A stretch of DNA of 33,000 bases from Dicyema japonicum (taxonomy: Eukaryota > Animalia > Dicyemida). The position numbers and the translations under genes were made by a program. The notes under the pieces were generated by a model. That model was not told the origin of the DNA. It made no database searches and saw nothing but the letters and a program-made list of their open reading frames with translations. Location of the stretch: positions 62,001 to 95,000 of the forward strand of contig RDEW01000052.1 of assembly GCA_011109175.1 (NCBI GenBank). The letters are read 5' to 3'. Below, piece after piece: positions 11,038-23,742 of this stretch (the first letter of the stretch is position 1; each line of letters opens with the position of its first letter).

Positions 11038-11892
11038 ATGTCAAATAATCTGTCCACATTGACGTCATTCAACGTTCGAGGCTTAAAATAAAAACGGAAA
11101 AGGGGGGATGTGATAAGTGACTTAATATCATATAGGGTATGCAGTATACAGGAGACTAATGTGAGGGATGCAGTTGAGGAGAATTACGGAAAGTTTAGAC
11201 TCATACTACTAGACTCCGAATGCAACCACTACGGACTTGGCTTTGCTACACATCAATGTCTTTATGGGAGAATCCACGAGGGTCAATGACAGAATAGCGG
11301 TACTTCAGATTAAGAGTTGGAGGACTGATAATTCCTTTATATCCGTGATTAATGTCTAAGCGCCCACAATGGCGAGGGTTTCTACAAATCCCGATGAACT
11401 ATCTGTTTTATGTCACTAACGGATACCATCTCTGATTTCAAAGGCTCGTTTATGACCTTTTTGTGTGGTGATTGGAATGCTAAAGTAGGACACTGTCCGT
11501 GGAGTATACCCTGTATGGGTAGACATGACAGGAAGAGGAGGAATATGTCGAGGAAATCGCTCGTTCAATTTTGTAACATGTTTGACTATTTCATTTGTAA
11601 TTCTGCATTCGACCACAATGTGAGGCATAAGACTACGTGGACTGGACTCAAAAAGAATGGGAATAGAGACTATGTCCGGATATACAACCAGATTGATTAT
11701 GTTATATGTAAAAGATCTCTTCGTGCTTTACTAACAGACTCCCGAAGCTACGGAGACACCATCACTCATAGTAATTATAAACTGCTGGTGGTACTTTTCA
11801 GAATGAAGAGATATTTCGGAAAAGATGGAGCTAGAAAGAAGAGAGCTTATCTGGATCGTTTTATTGTGGAAAAATTATGCCACTTGGCATAG
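11038..11892 (+). mobile_element. RTE-like LINE, apurinic endonuclease domain (decayed)
   Basis: SFNVRGL, IQET, INV*APT, CGDWNAKVG, NSAF, TTW, NQIDYVI and SNYKLL motifs in order; stops and frameshifts. Confidence 0.88.
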
Positions 11893-12119
11893 TCAACAAA
11901 AAATTGGAAAACTGTATTTAAATGTTAACAAATAATTTTAATAATTAAATATTTTTTATTTAAATAAATGATAATTTTTATTCACCATCTTGGCTCTGAT
12001 GGAATCGACTCACAGAGCGTGTCCAGAGATGCATAGCAAAAGTGGAATCTCAAATTAGTTAACTTTTCTGGTTCCGAGGACATTGCTATTAATAACAATA
12101 ATCTTGGCTCTGTCCAGTC

Positions 12120-12650
12120 TCCATCAGTAGGAATTCCATTCTTACTTTATGGAAATTATCCCATATTCGGCCTATCTTTAAACCTGGACGGCCGAAGTAC
12201 TCACCGATTTCGCACAGACCAATATCCCTTCTGTGTTCCACCTCAAAAATCCTGGAAAAACTCATTCTCGATCAGATTAAACCTTATCTCCTTGACGTAT
12301 CCTTCCAACTTGGTTTTAAGAAGACTCGGTCCAAAACCACTCACTTTATTTGCTTGACGAAATTCATCAAGGAAGGCCTACAATGTAACCTTGGCATCAA
12401 AAGACCTTTTGTGTTCCATTGACATACAGAAGGCTTTTTACTAGATTCCGAGGAAATTACTCACCAGGAAGATTCATGGCTCTATCATTCCAAACAACTT
12501 GAAAATTTGGCTTACAAACTTCCTCAACGGATGAAGAGGAAGAGTAATCTCACATTCCAATTTTCTGTCACCAAATCTCTGCCGAATGGGGTCCCGTATG
12601 ATCCCTTCTCTCATCCATTCTCGTCAACCTTTTTATGAGCCCTTTCATAT
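12120..12650 (+). mobile_element. Decayed RT core of an APE-type LINE (I/Ingi/Jockey-like)
   Basis: IRPIFKPG..HRPISLLCSTSKILEKL, SIDIQKAF, WLTNFLNG and LPNGVP motifs. Confidence 0.8.
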
Positions 12651-13476
12651 TTGAAGAGGATTAACCAAAGCTTGCAATGATCGAGGTTACCTTACTCCTT
12701 CTTACTTCTGTAGAGAACATAATTCTAGCCAATTTTGGAATAAGTTTAATGTTGTCTTTTACCAAAAAACTGTATGGTGTCAATTGTGATGAGATCGAAT
12801 GTGTCATAAAGAGGGGACAATGAAAATGAAGAAATTACATATTTTTTCAGCCAAAATGTTGACGTTGGTGATAATAACCTGACATTGATGCCACTACAAA
12901 GATGGAAGATTGTCCCTTCGATAACATTGATGCACAAAATACATCCTAGGATCATCTATCAGGCATGGATGGTTGGTGGAAAAAATGCATAGATGTGGTG
13001 GGTAGTCTATTTTGTTGTAACTTAAGGAATACGTGAGAGGCAAGGAACGTGAATCACAAGGATTCAGTTATACGGCCGATACGTACTTGTGTGGGCTCGA
13101 GGGAGGAATATCTGGCCACGTTGAGATCTTTGTTAAGCGTACTGGGACACGTGATTTGTTATTGTGGAGTTACTGTGGTCTGGTCATACCCTCATAATAC
13201 TTACTATTTATATATTCACCACTTCGTTTGGACTTCATATTGAGAGAATGCTTCGTATCAACGTGGTTGTTCTAATATTTCTTCCAGGGACTCCAAAATC
13301 CCTTCATCTCAAAAAATTGTGAAGGATCACCCGAATTTAGAGTTGACTCACTTTCAGTCATCTTATCAATTTGTACGTAAAAATTGATTTTATTAAAATG
13401 CAGTTATTCTTAAATGCACTGTAATTGGACTGTAATACACGTGTCGCACTAAAAGGATAAATTATTTACGTTATAC

Positions 13477-13710
13477 TGTAATGTCGGAACACGACCTCCT
13501 GAGGAAAATTTAGCCAGACACGCAGAAATACTGCACAATCAGACTCAGAAATTAATGGAACGAGAAAAGAGACTAAGCCAGATTGATAAAAGTATAGAAA
13601 AATTCAGACGATCTTCCAGCGTAGTTGAAAAAACAACACATTTGATACAAAAATCATTTTTGAGGTTGGAGACTGTGATGATGAGTTTACTAACAATTAA
13701 TATAGTTTGA
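13477..13710 (+). pseudogene. R-SNARE (synaptobrevin-like) coiled-coil ORF with no clean start
   Basis: NQTQKLMEREKRLSQIDKSIEKFRRSSSVVEKTTHLIQK resembles the VAMP core (NVDKVLERDQKLSELDDR..); zero-layer Arg absent. Confidence 0.3.
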
Positions 13711-15045
13711 TGAGTCCAATCAATTTCACTGTCCCCCGCACTTTATTGGTGTACTATGATATTTATTGATGATCACAATGAAGATTCAAAAGGACAGTTC
13801 ATTCGGTCAACTCGTGGTTTAGGTTGTTGCGTAGTCTGAAACTGACATGAATCGGTCCTTTTTGCTGGATTTCTCCACGCCAATCAAAATAGCTCTCTTT
13901 GGTGTTATTTCAAAATTGACTAGCTTGGGATGTCGACCATTTCGGATCACCAATTTTTAAATTTTTTAAATCCCCATTACCCATGGAAGACTATACATGC
14001 AACCAGGAAACTAGCATGAGGACTACTATGCTGTTCAGGATAACGATTTAACAAACTTACAAGGACCTCTTATTACCCCCCGAGATCGTAATTTAGGAGA
14101 AGAAACCGATCATCGGAAGGAAAGAACAAAACCAGTCATTCAAAGAACATGATTTTTTAATATCCAACTACAATTTTGACTGTACAGGATTCGAACCCTA
14201 CATTTCTCTCGTTCTGGACTTATGGTTTTCTGATGTCTCCCAATTGCATGACCTTTTGTGGTAACAAAAAAGGAAGAGATGTGGTTTTTTCATTATTAAA
14301 CTGACTTTCACTTGTAATATGACAAAAATCCAAAAATCGAGATTATCACTATATACGGATTCCGAGAGAGATCTAGCGTGTGGCGTAGTTTGGTGGACTA
14401 AATCCCATATAACTTGAACCTCTTCCCCGTTCTTATGGTGAGTGGAACATATGAGGAAACAAGGAATTTGGGAAGCTCGGAAACTGATTTTGATATAATG
14501 ATTAGTACTGAACCTGGGAAATTGAGATATTTTATAATTTTAGAATTCCGGGACAGTAAAATCTAGACCTGTCGTCCACACAGTTCCCACATCCAGAGGT
14601 ATGTAAAAATTGAAAAAGATAATTATAACATTTTCTTTTCAATCAAAATCCCTTCATTTTAGAGCAGACTGTGATACTGAGGACCTCATCTGGCTTTACT
14701 TCACTTATGCTGTCCTCTTAGATAGCGTGGGTATATTTCCTTTATCCCTCCGTTAATTTAATACTTCAACTCTGAGTTAAGATATCCTTGCAGACAACAA
14801 GAATATTCAGTTCATTTCACTAATCCCGGTACACCGAGAAAGTAGTTAACGACTGACTTCTCCAGTTCCCACGGTCGCAGTCGCGGAGATACAAGTCCTT
14901 CCACAACCACATCTGTAAGGATCCCCTCAAGGAATGGTGAAAGACAAGTCATTTCAAAACCACAGATGTGGAAACCTCTTCAAGAAACGTAAAAGACAGT
15001 TTTCCCATAACCACAGCTATGGGAACCCATTGGATGGGGGGGGAG

Positions 15046-15424
15046 CTATAGTTTTTCATTATTTTGAAAATCTATCATCCTTAAATATTTAACAAAATGT
15101 AGAATGATAATTTTATTCAAAAAACTGTTAAAACCCAAATTCGCCACCTTTGGAGATCCCAGTAATACTCCTTGGTAGACCTGTTCATTTTTATGCAATC
15201 TTTCGCGGTTCTGATATCTATGAGTGCTGAGCTTCTCAGTTTTTCCGAGTTTTACAATTTCCTCTCTCCTTTTATTCAGTTTTATTTTGGCCTTTTTCAA
15301 TATTCTGGAAACTGAAGACTGAGAGCACCCGACTTTTTTTGATATTTCAAACTGAGTAAGTCCAGTTTCGTTGTATTCTAAAACAATCCTTGGTTGTGTG
15401 GGAAATGTCTTTGCTTTTACCCAT
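15046..15424 (-). mobile_element. Tc1-like transposase N-terminal (HTH) relic
   Basis: MGKSKDISHTT / IVLEYNETGLTQFEISKK / VGCSQSSVSRILKK across frameshifts; no DDE domain or TIR found. Confidence 0.6.
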
Positions 15425-16847
15425 TTGCGATTTTTTGTAAAATCTGATATTTATGATAATCCACATTCGTACTGATATTTGATTTTCTGATAAAATTAAA
15501 TAGATTATACTTTTGTAACGTCATATTTATTTAATATCAAAATTTCAAATTGTATTTTACCCCACGTGGTCTGTCTTTCAACAACAACGAAAATTGATTG
15601 GGACCCTCCAAACAGCCCTCTTTACAATTCCTTCTCAGATAACCCGAAGAGCCTCTAAATATGAGCTGATACCATGCCAAATGAGAAGAGCGGTACCGTC
15701 TTCCCCAAAAATTGACCTCTCCCTTGTCGGCCTGAGATCACTTATCTCAGATATTCATTTTCTCTTTTAACCTAATGATCCTGAGAATTTATGCATGGGT
15801 TCCTTGATGAACTGCGGAGACGTAAGAGGAGGAAAGTTGCATGGAAAAAACTAGTAGAACGGAGAGCGAAGAGCAGTACACAAGCGGAACCCTAAGGATT
15901 CATATGCTTACGGTAACGATGGACTGCAATAACCAAGACAGTGAACCATTGCTTCATTATCTTTTGGCCTTATTATTAACAACATACTGTGATCCTCGGT
16001 TATCATTCAGGTTGTTTCTATTTTGGTTGGTGTAAATTTGAGTCCAAATCCTACCTGCATCCGACAATTTCTGGGTTTTGATGTCTCCAGAGTTGTCACA
16101 TTGTTCAAGTCTCTCAAACCGGTCGTTTTTTGTTGAACAGATTTTTTCAGCAGAATTTTAGAAATGACAGATTAAATTAGGAATAGTTAAACTCCATATT
16201 TTTTCAAAAGTTATGATAACTAATGGACTATCGGAGGATGGAATTGGGAACAAACAAACCCTCTCCTGAGTTCCTTTCTTGGATTAATTAATTGTGACAG
16301 TGCTGGGCTTACCAAATTGTAAGCATGTGGTTAATAATAATAACACCAGAGACCACGGTTACACAGACAAACTAATCACGTGATCTCAGCACGCTCTAGC
16401 AGAGACATCAACTTGTCCCGACGTTCGTCCCACACAAGACGTATCGTCCGAGTGACTGGATCTTCGCAGTCACGACCACGCGTTCCACAGTTCATGCGTA
16501 TCATGGCTTCAAGAGGCAGTGGTGGCTGGAACTCTCCAGATATCCAGCGTTCCATGATTTGGAGGCTTTTTTCGGCTAGCTCGATCTTCAAGACAAGAGA
16601 TGAATGTGCCCCTGATACCATAAGCGTAAGAAATGCATGGTTCAATGTATTATTTGTATATAGTTCTCAAAATAGGATGATTTCCGTACTTCCATAAAAT
16701 ATGCATGTCAAAAGTCACCCAAAGGATCCTTTGAAATCTAAAGGGATAACTCCATCATTTGTTTTCAGATCGACCGTCCGTATTCCCAGTCTCTTTCTGC
16801 TGTAAATAGAGTTGTGGCAGAAAAATAAGTAAAATAAATTTTTTTTA

Positions 16848-16887
16848 AATAATTTAGAAAAATAAGTAAATAATAAAATAAATTTGA
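16848..16887 (+). repeat. Left copy of 39-40 bp target-site duplication
   Basis: AATAATTTAGAAAAATAAGTAAATAATAAAATAAATTTGA recurs at 17867-17905 with one A deleted. Confidence 0.9.
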
Positions 16888-17866
16888 CACGCCTCGGTGG
16901 AACGGGTCTCAGGTCGGCGCTGGAGATCGCCTATCCAGCATATGTGTCATCGCTCTCAAGTGGAAGCCTTTTGGTCCAAGAAATCCTACGTATTACAACC
17001 GGACTCTCTTGGGAAAAAGTCTTCGACGAAGCTCGTTGCGAATGGTGTGAAACTGGTTTGGATATGCCGAACGATCCTTCGAGGCAACGTGACTGGGATG
17101 ATATTTACTCCAAGAATATCTTCGACGTGCTAAAGTCTGAGGCCAACCAGCATCGTCTTGCATGCCTCGTGTCCGCCGCCAACCATGGGAGCGGAGCGTG
17201 GCTGGATGCACTCCCGTCTTCCTCCCTGGGGACCCTATTGGACGATGACTGTATTCGGATTGGAATCGCACAACGCCTGGGAGCTGATGTTTGCGTCGAA
17301 CACCAATGTCGCTGTGGAGGGATCGTCGATGCCAAAGGGCTGCACCCGCTCTCGTGCAAAAGGAGTGCGGGCAGAGCACCCCGCCATGCTGCTATGAACA
17401 ACATTGTCTTGCGAGCTCTTGAAGCGGCAGGCTTCCCGGCAGTATTGGAACCTGTGGGATTGGACCGCGGAGATGGGAAAAGACCGGATGGGTTAACTGT
17501 CTTTCCGTTCACTGAGGGAAAATCGCTCGTATGGGACTGCACTGTTGTGGATTCTTTCTCGAACTCGATGATGCTCAGCTCGGCGCAGTCTGCTGGATCG
17601 GCAGCCGATATGGCCGAAAAAATCAAGATTAAAAAATATGGCAAAATTGGAGACCGCTACCGTTTTGTACCGATAGCAATCGAGACGTCTGGTGCGGCTG
17701 GAAGTATTACAGCCTCTTTCCTAAAGGAAATCGGGGGAAAATTGGCCCACCGCAAGAAAGACGTGCGGGAAGCGGTCTGGCTGAGGCAAAGAATTGGTAT
17801 CGCTGTTATTCGCGGAAACGCTTACTCCGTGATGTCAGCAGCCGCTCTCCCCCATAGTTAATAAAT
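16888..17866 (+). mobile_element. Young 5'-truncated CRE-clade non-LTR retrotransposon (RT thumb, CCHC finger, restriction-like endonuclease)
   Basis: Uninterrupted 325-codon frame: RLGGTGLRS, SGAWLDALP, CRCG..H..SC, RH..N, RPDG, WDCTV, EKIKIKKY, FVPIAIETSG, IAVIRGNA. GC-rich against an AT-rich background and flanked by direct repeats. Confidence 0.93.
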
Positions 17867-17905
17867 AATAATTTAGAAAAATAAGTAAATAATAAATAAA
17901 TTTGA
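17867..17905 (+). repeat. Right copy of target-site duplication
   Basis: Matches 16848-16887 apart from a 1-nt indel. Confidence 0.9.
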
Positions 17906-19052
17906 TTTTCAGTGGCGCCTGAATGAAATAATTAATAAATCATCAATTTATTAAAATAAATTAAAATATTTAGAATTTTTTATGTTTTGGAGGTGTTTCC
18001 TAATTTGACTTTTAAAATGGTTGGAATTGAAATCCTAATCGAAGGAAGATACGAAAATGTCTGGGAAGATTTTTTTATAATGATTGCCCCAGTAATGTAA
18101 ATATTTATATATTTTTAGACGATTTTAAAACTTCCGTGATGAATAACAACGACGAAGTAATATATTTGAAGGCGATTCAGTGACCCTGACTCACCCGATA
18201 ATAGGAACTGTATTTGCGAATCTTTATTTAGAAAGACTTCTCTGAAAAGGGGACACTGTTTATAAGAGGCAGTAGACAAACACGAATGGTTTGTCATTTT
18301 GACAACGGACATAAGAAGCTTGTATTTAGAACTATACTATATGACGTCATCCACACTGGTGATGTCAGAAAACGGAATTATTACTATCAATGTGAATTTT
18401 GAAACTGGAAACAAAGTATTGGTGTTTATTTAGATGTCTAAGCCAAGGAAGAAATGGCATACAGAGTTACGGAAGACTGGTTTTCTCTTATAAACGACGC
18501 TTTCGGAGCATACAAGCGGATAAAAAACAGTTTTCTGTCCAGTACGAATGTCGTTCCAAGTTGATGGCACGTTTGAACATATTGGTTCAAATAGTTATGG
18601 GTTTTTACATTGGTCTTGAAATAATAAAAAATAACTATTCATATTCGTACAAGCTATTTTGGTACACATTATTAATTTAATTTGAGCGAAGTGGACTGTA
18701 AAGGCAGCCTAAATAATAAATTTGAAAAGTTGTCTTGCTAGTATGTCCGGAATATTGATTATAGAGTAATTATGCTTAGGGACAATTTTCATTATTTATC
18801 AGATTCGACGAATTGATAGTCCCCTGGTAGTCAAGGATCTATTATGTTGAACAAGGGGGCTTCCGATGCCAAATTTAGGCATAAATCATCTGGTATACTT
18901 TGTTACAATTGACAAAATTCAAAATTTTGTAAGTTTTTCTGACCTAGTTCAAATAATTAAATAAATTCAAATAAATTGAAGACGGGATACGAATTAAAAT
19001 TAGTTAGTTAGAGAGATTAATGCAACGCTTTCCTGTATTTCATTTTGTGATT

Positions 19053-20311
19053 TCAGTTTGATAAAAATAGCGAAATGACAAATATGAATATTATTTCAAC
19101 AACTACACACACGATTCCAATTATTTGATTTTTCATCAATTTTTTTACGGCGTTAGTTTCAAACGAAATAAGTTTTTCAAAATTTATTTTATCTAAATTG
19201 CAGTCAAGATTACTTACCATCTGCATCATAATGATGTTTAATCTTGGATTTTTTGTCTTTAATTTCTGTAGATGATTGTGTTTCAAAGCATCCTTCATCT
19301 AAAATTCAGTCGGATTTATGTACCATCTCCAATAAATTCAAAAATCAAATCATCACGGAAAAGTTGTAATTTTAAAGATGAAATTTCAATAGACACATTT
19401 TTATAGTTTTGTGAGATGGATCCACAGTGATTATATCCTCCCATTTTAATTTGCTTAAATCGCTTTTTAAGCGAAACACATTTATTTTTTTTATACCCAA
19501 CACAAACAGAAAATCTATTAATACGATATTCATTCCCATTTTGTTTATACGCCGTAATAGATATGTTAGAATATTCACCACGCAATATATATTTATTGTC
19601 ACTATAATTCTCTGTTAAGACATTATAGGAATAATCACTGAAATGTTCATTTGTTATCTACTTATCAATGCAAACGTGTACAATTTCGTTATTGTCAATA
19701 TATGATATTTTGATAATTCCACTTATTACTGCTCGGATTCTATTTTGGTTAAATAAAAACCAAATAGGCGTATTTGGGTCATTATTTGGGTTACAGTCAT
19801 TAGCTAAATAAATTTTAATTAAACCTTTTCCAGTAAAATAATACGAAAAACTTTTATCGTTATATTGCAACTTGATTGAATAAAATGTAACAGATATATT
19901 ATTCGAAAAACTAATATGAGCATAACCACATCGGTAGTAATCCCCATATTTAGTTTTAGGAATCTTTGTGATATTCGTATATCGCTTACCAGCTTAAGTA
20001 CAACAAAAAACGTACCATAATCAATTTCTGTTACTAAGTCAATAGTATAAAACTCATTGTAGAAATATGGAATAAGTTTAAATTTTATGCAAGTAAAAGA
20101 AAACAAATCCGCACCAAAAGTTTGCCATACATCTAAATGGTTCTCAGACTGTAACCTTGTTAAACTATATTCCTAAAGTTAACGAAATATATACTATTGA
20201 AGGATTCTTGTAAATTACATATGAATCAATTAATATATATCTCTCATCACATTTAATTTTGACTATTTTGCTAAACATTATAATTATCATATAATGAATA
20301 GTTCTGTTCAT
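19053..20311 (-). CDS. Signal-peptide, two-domain LAMP-like type I membrane glycoprotein (379 aa)
   Basis: Five introns (20173-20194, 19993-20015, 19638-19661, 19299-19323, 19193-19217; 22-25 nt) give an open 1140-nt CDS. Features: signal-like MNRTIHYMIIIMFSKIVKIKC, two LAMP-like cores (YYRCG..NISVTFYSIKLQ..C and GGYNHC..NVSIEISSLKLQLF..FIG..GC), and a C-terminal TM helix. Gene structure is firm; the LAMP family call is by eye. Confidence 0.75.
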
Positions 20312-20793
20312 GTAGTCTAAATTTTATTAGGTCAAATTTTATTTTATTTAAATTTTTATCTTAATTGTTTGATTTAATATATATTAAATATCTATGATAA
20401 AAGATATTTCATTACCATTTTTATTAAATATCTTTAATTATTGAAAATATAGTTAACATTATCAATTTCTCTCCTTAACTACTCCTCCATTACTCGACAA
20501 CGTGAGAATCTTGAACAATAATTCCAGCTTCATCATTATGCAGCTCCAAATTTTATCTTTCTACTAATCAGCTATAGAAGTCGGCAAATCACGTAAATTT
20601 GAGAGAAAACCCACGTCTCTCCAAATTCTTATTAAAGAGTAACGATTGGATTCAGAAAAGCTGTGGTACTATGAAGGAACACAGCAAAAACCTCTCATTC
20701 CTGTCGAAGTCTCTTAATTGATGGTTTAACTCCTCCTTTCTTGATGTTTCCTTTTTCGATGTTAGATAATAATAAAGTGGTTAGAGTTTTTAC

Positions 20794-21746
20794 TCACGAA
20801 TGGATGTGAGTTAGATTCCTACACTTAGATTTCATGAGTAGTTGGTCGACTGTTGATCCATTACGTGGACAAAGCATAGTGATTGTTTTCTGGTGTATTG
20901 AGTTGACTCTGTGGACCATAGTCTCCGATAGCGCGATTCTCCACGCAACGGAGGGATACTCAACGGCTGGCGCGATTGTTTGTTGGTAGAGGGTAGAAAC
21001 AGAAAAGTCCATGTTCCTCGGAGTCCTCCGGACAAGGGCGCGTAAAACGTTAATTTTCTGGAGGCCCCTGGTAATCATGTCTTTTGCGTGGGAGTTGAAA
21101 TTGAGTAGACTGTCGTACTTGACTCCAAGGACAGTGGAAGACCTTGTCACTGGAATCCGAGTGGGACCAATAAAGATACTCGGTTCATCCTTAGAACAAA
21201 GGTCCGAAGTGAAAGTGGAACAGATGGACTTGGTTGCAAAAATCGTAAGTCGATTGCCAACAATCCAATCGTGGAGAGTGTTTACATCTTTAATAACACT
21301 TCTGAGACAAAGATACTCGGAGTCTCCACCCCCTACTTGGGCTGGTTGTAGGTGTTTGACGAGACTAGGATGCATAGTTCTGCAGACTGGGAAAGATTTG
21401 AGGCTAACTTCCATTATTGTAGGTCCACAACCTGGGGTGTATTCCTCCCCCTTTTATAGAGTTTGATTGCTTGGCAGAGATTATGATGTGTTGAGGTTCC
21501 ATGTAGCGTGGAATGAATAAGGTCACTGAGATGCCCCGGACGGAGATCATCAAGTCGTGGACTGCTGATTGGGACGAAAGAGAGAACGAATTCTTTTACG
21601 TCCTTTTCTGAAACGAGTAGATTGTGTATTTGCCAGGTCAAGGGAATCCGGTGATCGTTTGGGGTAGTAGGGTGGCACTTAACGAGTGTTGTGTAGGAAT
21701 GTTCGGACTCATCAAGTACATACTTTTGATCTGTAAGAATCCTCAC
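20794..21746 (-). mobile_element. APE-type LINE RT region with the catalytic core deleted
   Basis: DDLRPGHL..QAIKLYKRG.. then WIVGNRL..KS..VLGVKYDSLLNF..TIAPAVEYPSVAW; the DxxKAFD to YADD segment is absent. Confidence 0.85.
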
Positions 21747-22024
21747 GGAGGATGGAGTGATTCTCGTCTCTCCCTCTCCGTGAGCATAGGGAAAGCAAAA
21801 TAATCGTACCCATCCTCAGAGTCAGCTGAAGAGGCTGCCTCCCAATACTCTAGTATAGGTAGTCTGCGGAAGAAATACTGGGAGCTTTGGGAGTTCTAAT
21901 TAAGAGTATTCATGTGGAGGTAAGCAACCAAATTCACACATTCAACTTATCAAAACCCAAAGTTGACTTGATAAATCAGAAAAAACACTAAATTAACGAA
22001 TTTGATGATTACAAACAAATAAAA

Positions 22025-23644
22025 TTAATCGGAAGAACCCTCATCTATGATGGGATATACAATCTTCACAACATAAAAGTAGTCATCCCCGAAATTACAA
22101 TTAATATATTTAAGGAACGATGAAGTCCCAGCATTAGCATAGACTACTCCCACTGTATTCCCTTCATTGTTTGGTATTCTCACAAGCTCATCCCCTCCTT
22201 GGGTGTCCACAAATACAACATACCCCCCGCATTGGTTAGAATCAAAGTCTAAAACTCATCATTATAAGTTCACTTGTGTTACAAACAGTAAAGTAGAAAC
22301 AGATAGTATCCGAGTCATCCAAAACCTCTTCTTTGCTGTGTAGAAGAGTGTACATCCCCCTTCCAAGTCTCCACACCTCAAAGAATCCCTCATCCCAAAT
22401 TTCCAGTTGGGAAATATCCCTCAAAAACTTGGTCATCATCCTCGACTTGAACACATCCATGATCTCATGCTCTCCTTCGAGTAAATCCATATTTCTACCC
22501 CATAACGATCAATAATACCGGACATCCATCGGCCCCTCTCTCCTCCAAGCAGTGTCCCCCAAACCAACCAAGAAATCCCTTAGGTTCGTATAAGCTTGGG
22601 TCTTAAAAAGTAAAATCACATATACTGTAAAGAATGAAGTCATGAGGATGTAGGAAGTCTCCTCAAAATTCTGTGCCAATTGGGCACGTGCTATTTCAGT
22701 GAGAAAGGATGGGTTTAAGTAAAGAGACAAGTCTTTGGAAGCGTCAAATGTGCAGTGAGCAGACGAAAAGTCACATAACCTGTTGTCAGAAGGGAGACTG
22801 TCATCAGTGTGGAACCACCCGCTAATGCTGAGTCTAGTCTTGTCAGTGAGGACCTCAGCCACCTAAAGTTATGAGAGAAACAACCTGGTGGAATGATTTG
22901 GGGCATACTATGAAGAAGTTGAAGACGTTGAACCCTATATCTAATGAAGTTGTCACGTGGGTTGGATTCCCAAAGTCTGAAATGGTCATTTACCTAATAA
23001 CTGTCTGAATCTATCAAATCCAACTTTCCTCCGTCCTCGTCTTTCCAGTTTTTGGAGAGGTACAAAATAAACGCAATCTTTCTGGTGGAGACCTGGTCAT
23101 CATGGCACAAGAGGACATCTAGAATACTAGAATAAAGGATCGACCTCCATGAGAGTACTTTGCTGCAAATAGGTCAACTTTGTCACTAAATTTGATCCCA
23201 CACATGTCTTCCACCCAATTCTTCACATCGTTGTACACAAACTCCCTTTAATAAACCAAAATGACACCTAAAAGCTCCGAAAATGCCATCTTTAACAGAA
23301 TTCAGTTCATCGGTCCTTTTAAAGCAGAAAAGATCTGTCTCGTGAGCTCTGTACTCGAAATTGTCCACCTCATCCTTCAATGACTCCAGTACGTCGTCAT
23401 CAGAACAGAAATTCCGAAATTGAAAGGCCGAAAACGGTTCTTTGACGAGGATGAAATCTTAATAAGATATTTTTAAACCATCAGTGACGTAGGAATCAGT
23501 TTTGTTAGAATTTAGCCATTCGTTGTAATCATGGACAGATTTGGAGGACGAATATAGGGGGTTTATTTCAAATTTTGCAGTTTCCTCAATTCTGGGATTA
23601 TATTTTCCGTTAATAGACTTTAGACGTTTGGCAGAATTTTCCAT
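22025..23644 (-). CDS. OGFOD1: Prolyl 3-hydroxylase OGFOD1/Tpa1 (2OG-Fe(II) oxygenase), 476 aa, 9 exons
   Basis: Eight introns (23458-23478, 23246-23267, 23119-23144, 22977-23001, 22863-22884, 22602-22625, 22495-22518, 22249-22273; 21-26 nt) give an open 1431-nt CDS with LLCHDD..RKIAFILYL, GGKLDL and SFHQVAEV..RLSISGWFH. Confidence 0.95.
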
Positions 23645-23742
23645 TACCACGTTTTAGTTAAATAAATAAAATATTATATATTTATTATTTATTAATATTT
23701 GTAATTAAATAGTTTATTAAAAACAAAACACAAAATTCACAC

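Noticed and set aside
13800-13840. CCVV* as a Ykt6-like prenylation end
   Set aside because: No plausible intron joins it in frame to the SNARE-like ORF.
15600-16140. Minus-strand gene with 19-20 nt intron-like segments
   Set aside because: No consistent open frame or recognisable domain.
16376-16697. ORFs on both strands, possibly an RLE-LINE thumb (ASRGSGG)
   Set aside because: Similarity too weak to assign.
16897-17644. Overlapping ORFs of 78-179 aa on both strands
   Set aside because: Shadow frames of the GC-rich CRE ORF; no motifs.
16848-17930. CRE insertion into a spliced-leader RNA or snRNA gene
   Set aside because: The rebuilt empty site is simple AT-rich sequence with no visible Sm site, stem-loops or array.
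20480-20790. IS630/Tc1 C-terminal motif (FLHSTTAFLNPI)
   Set aside because: A single weak motif with stops and no supporting DD residues.
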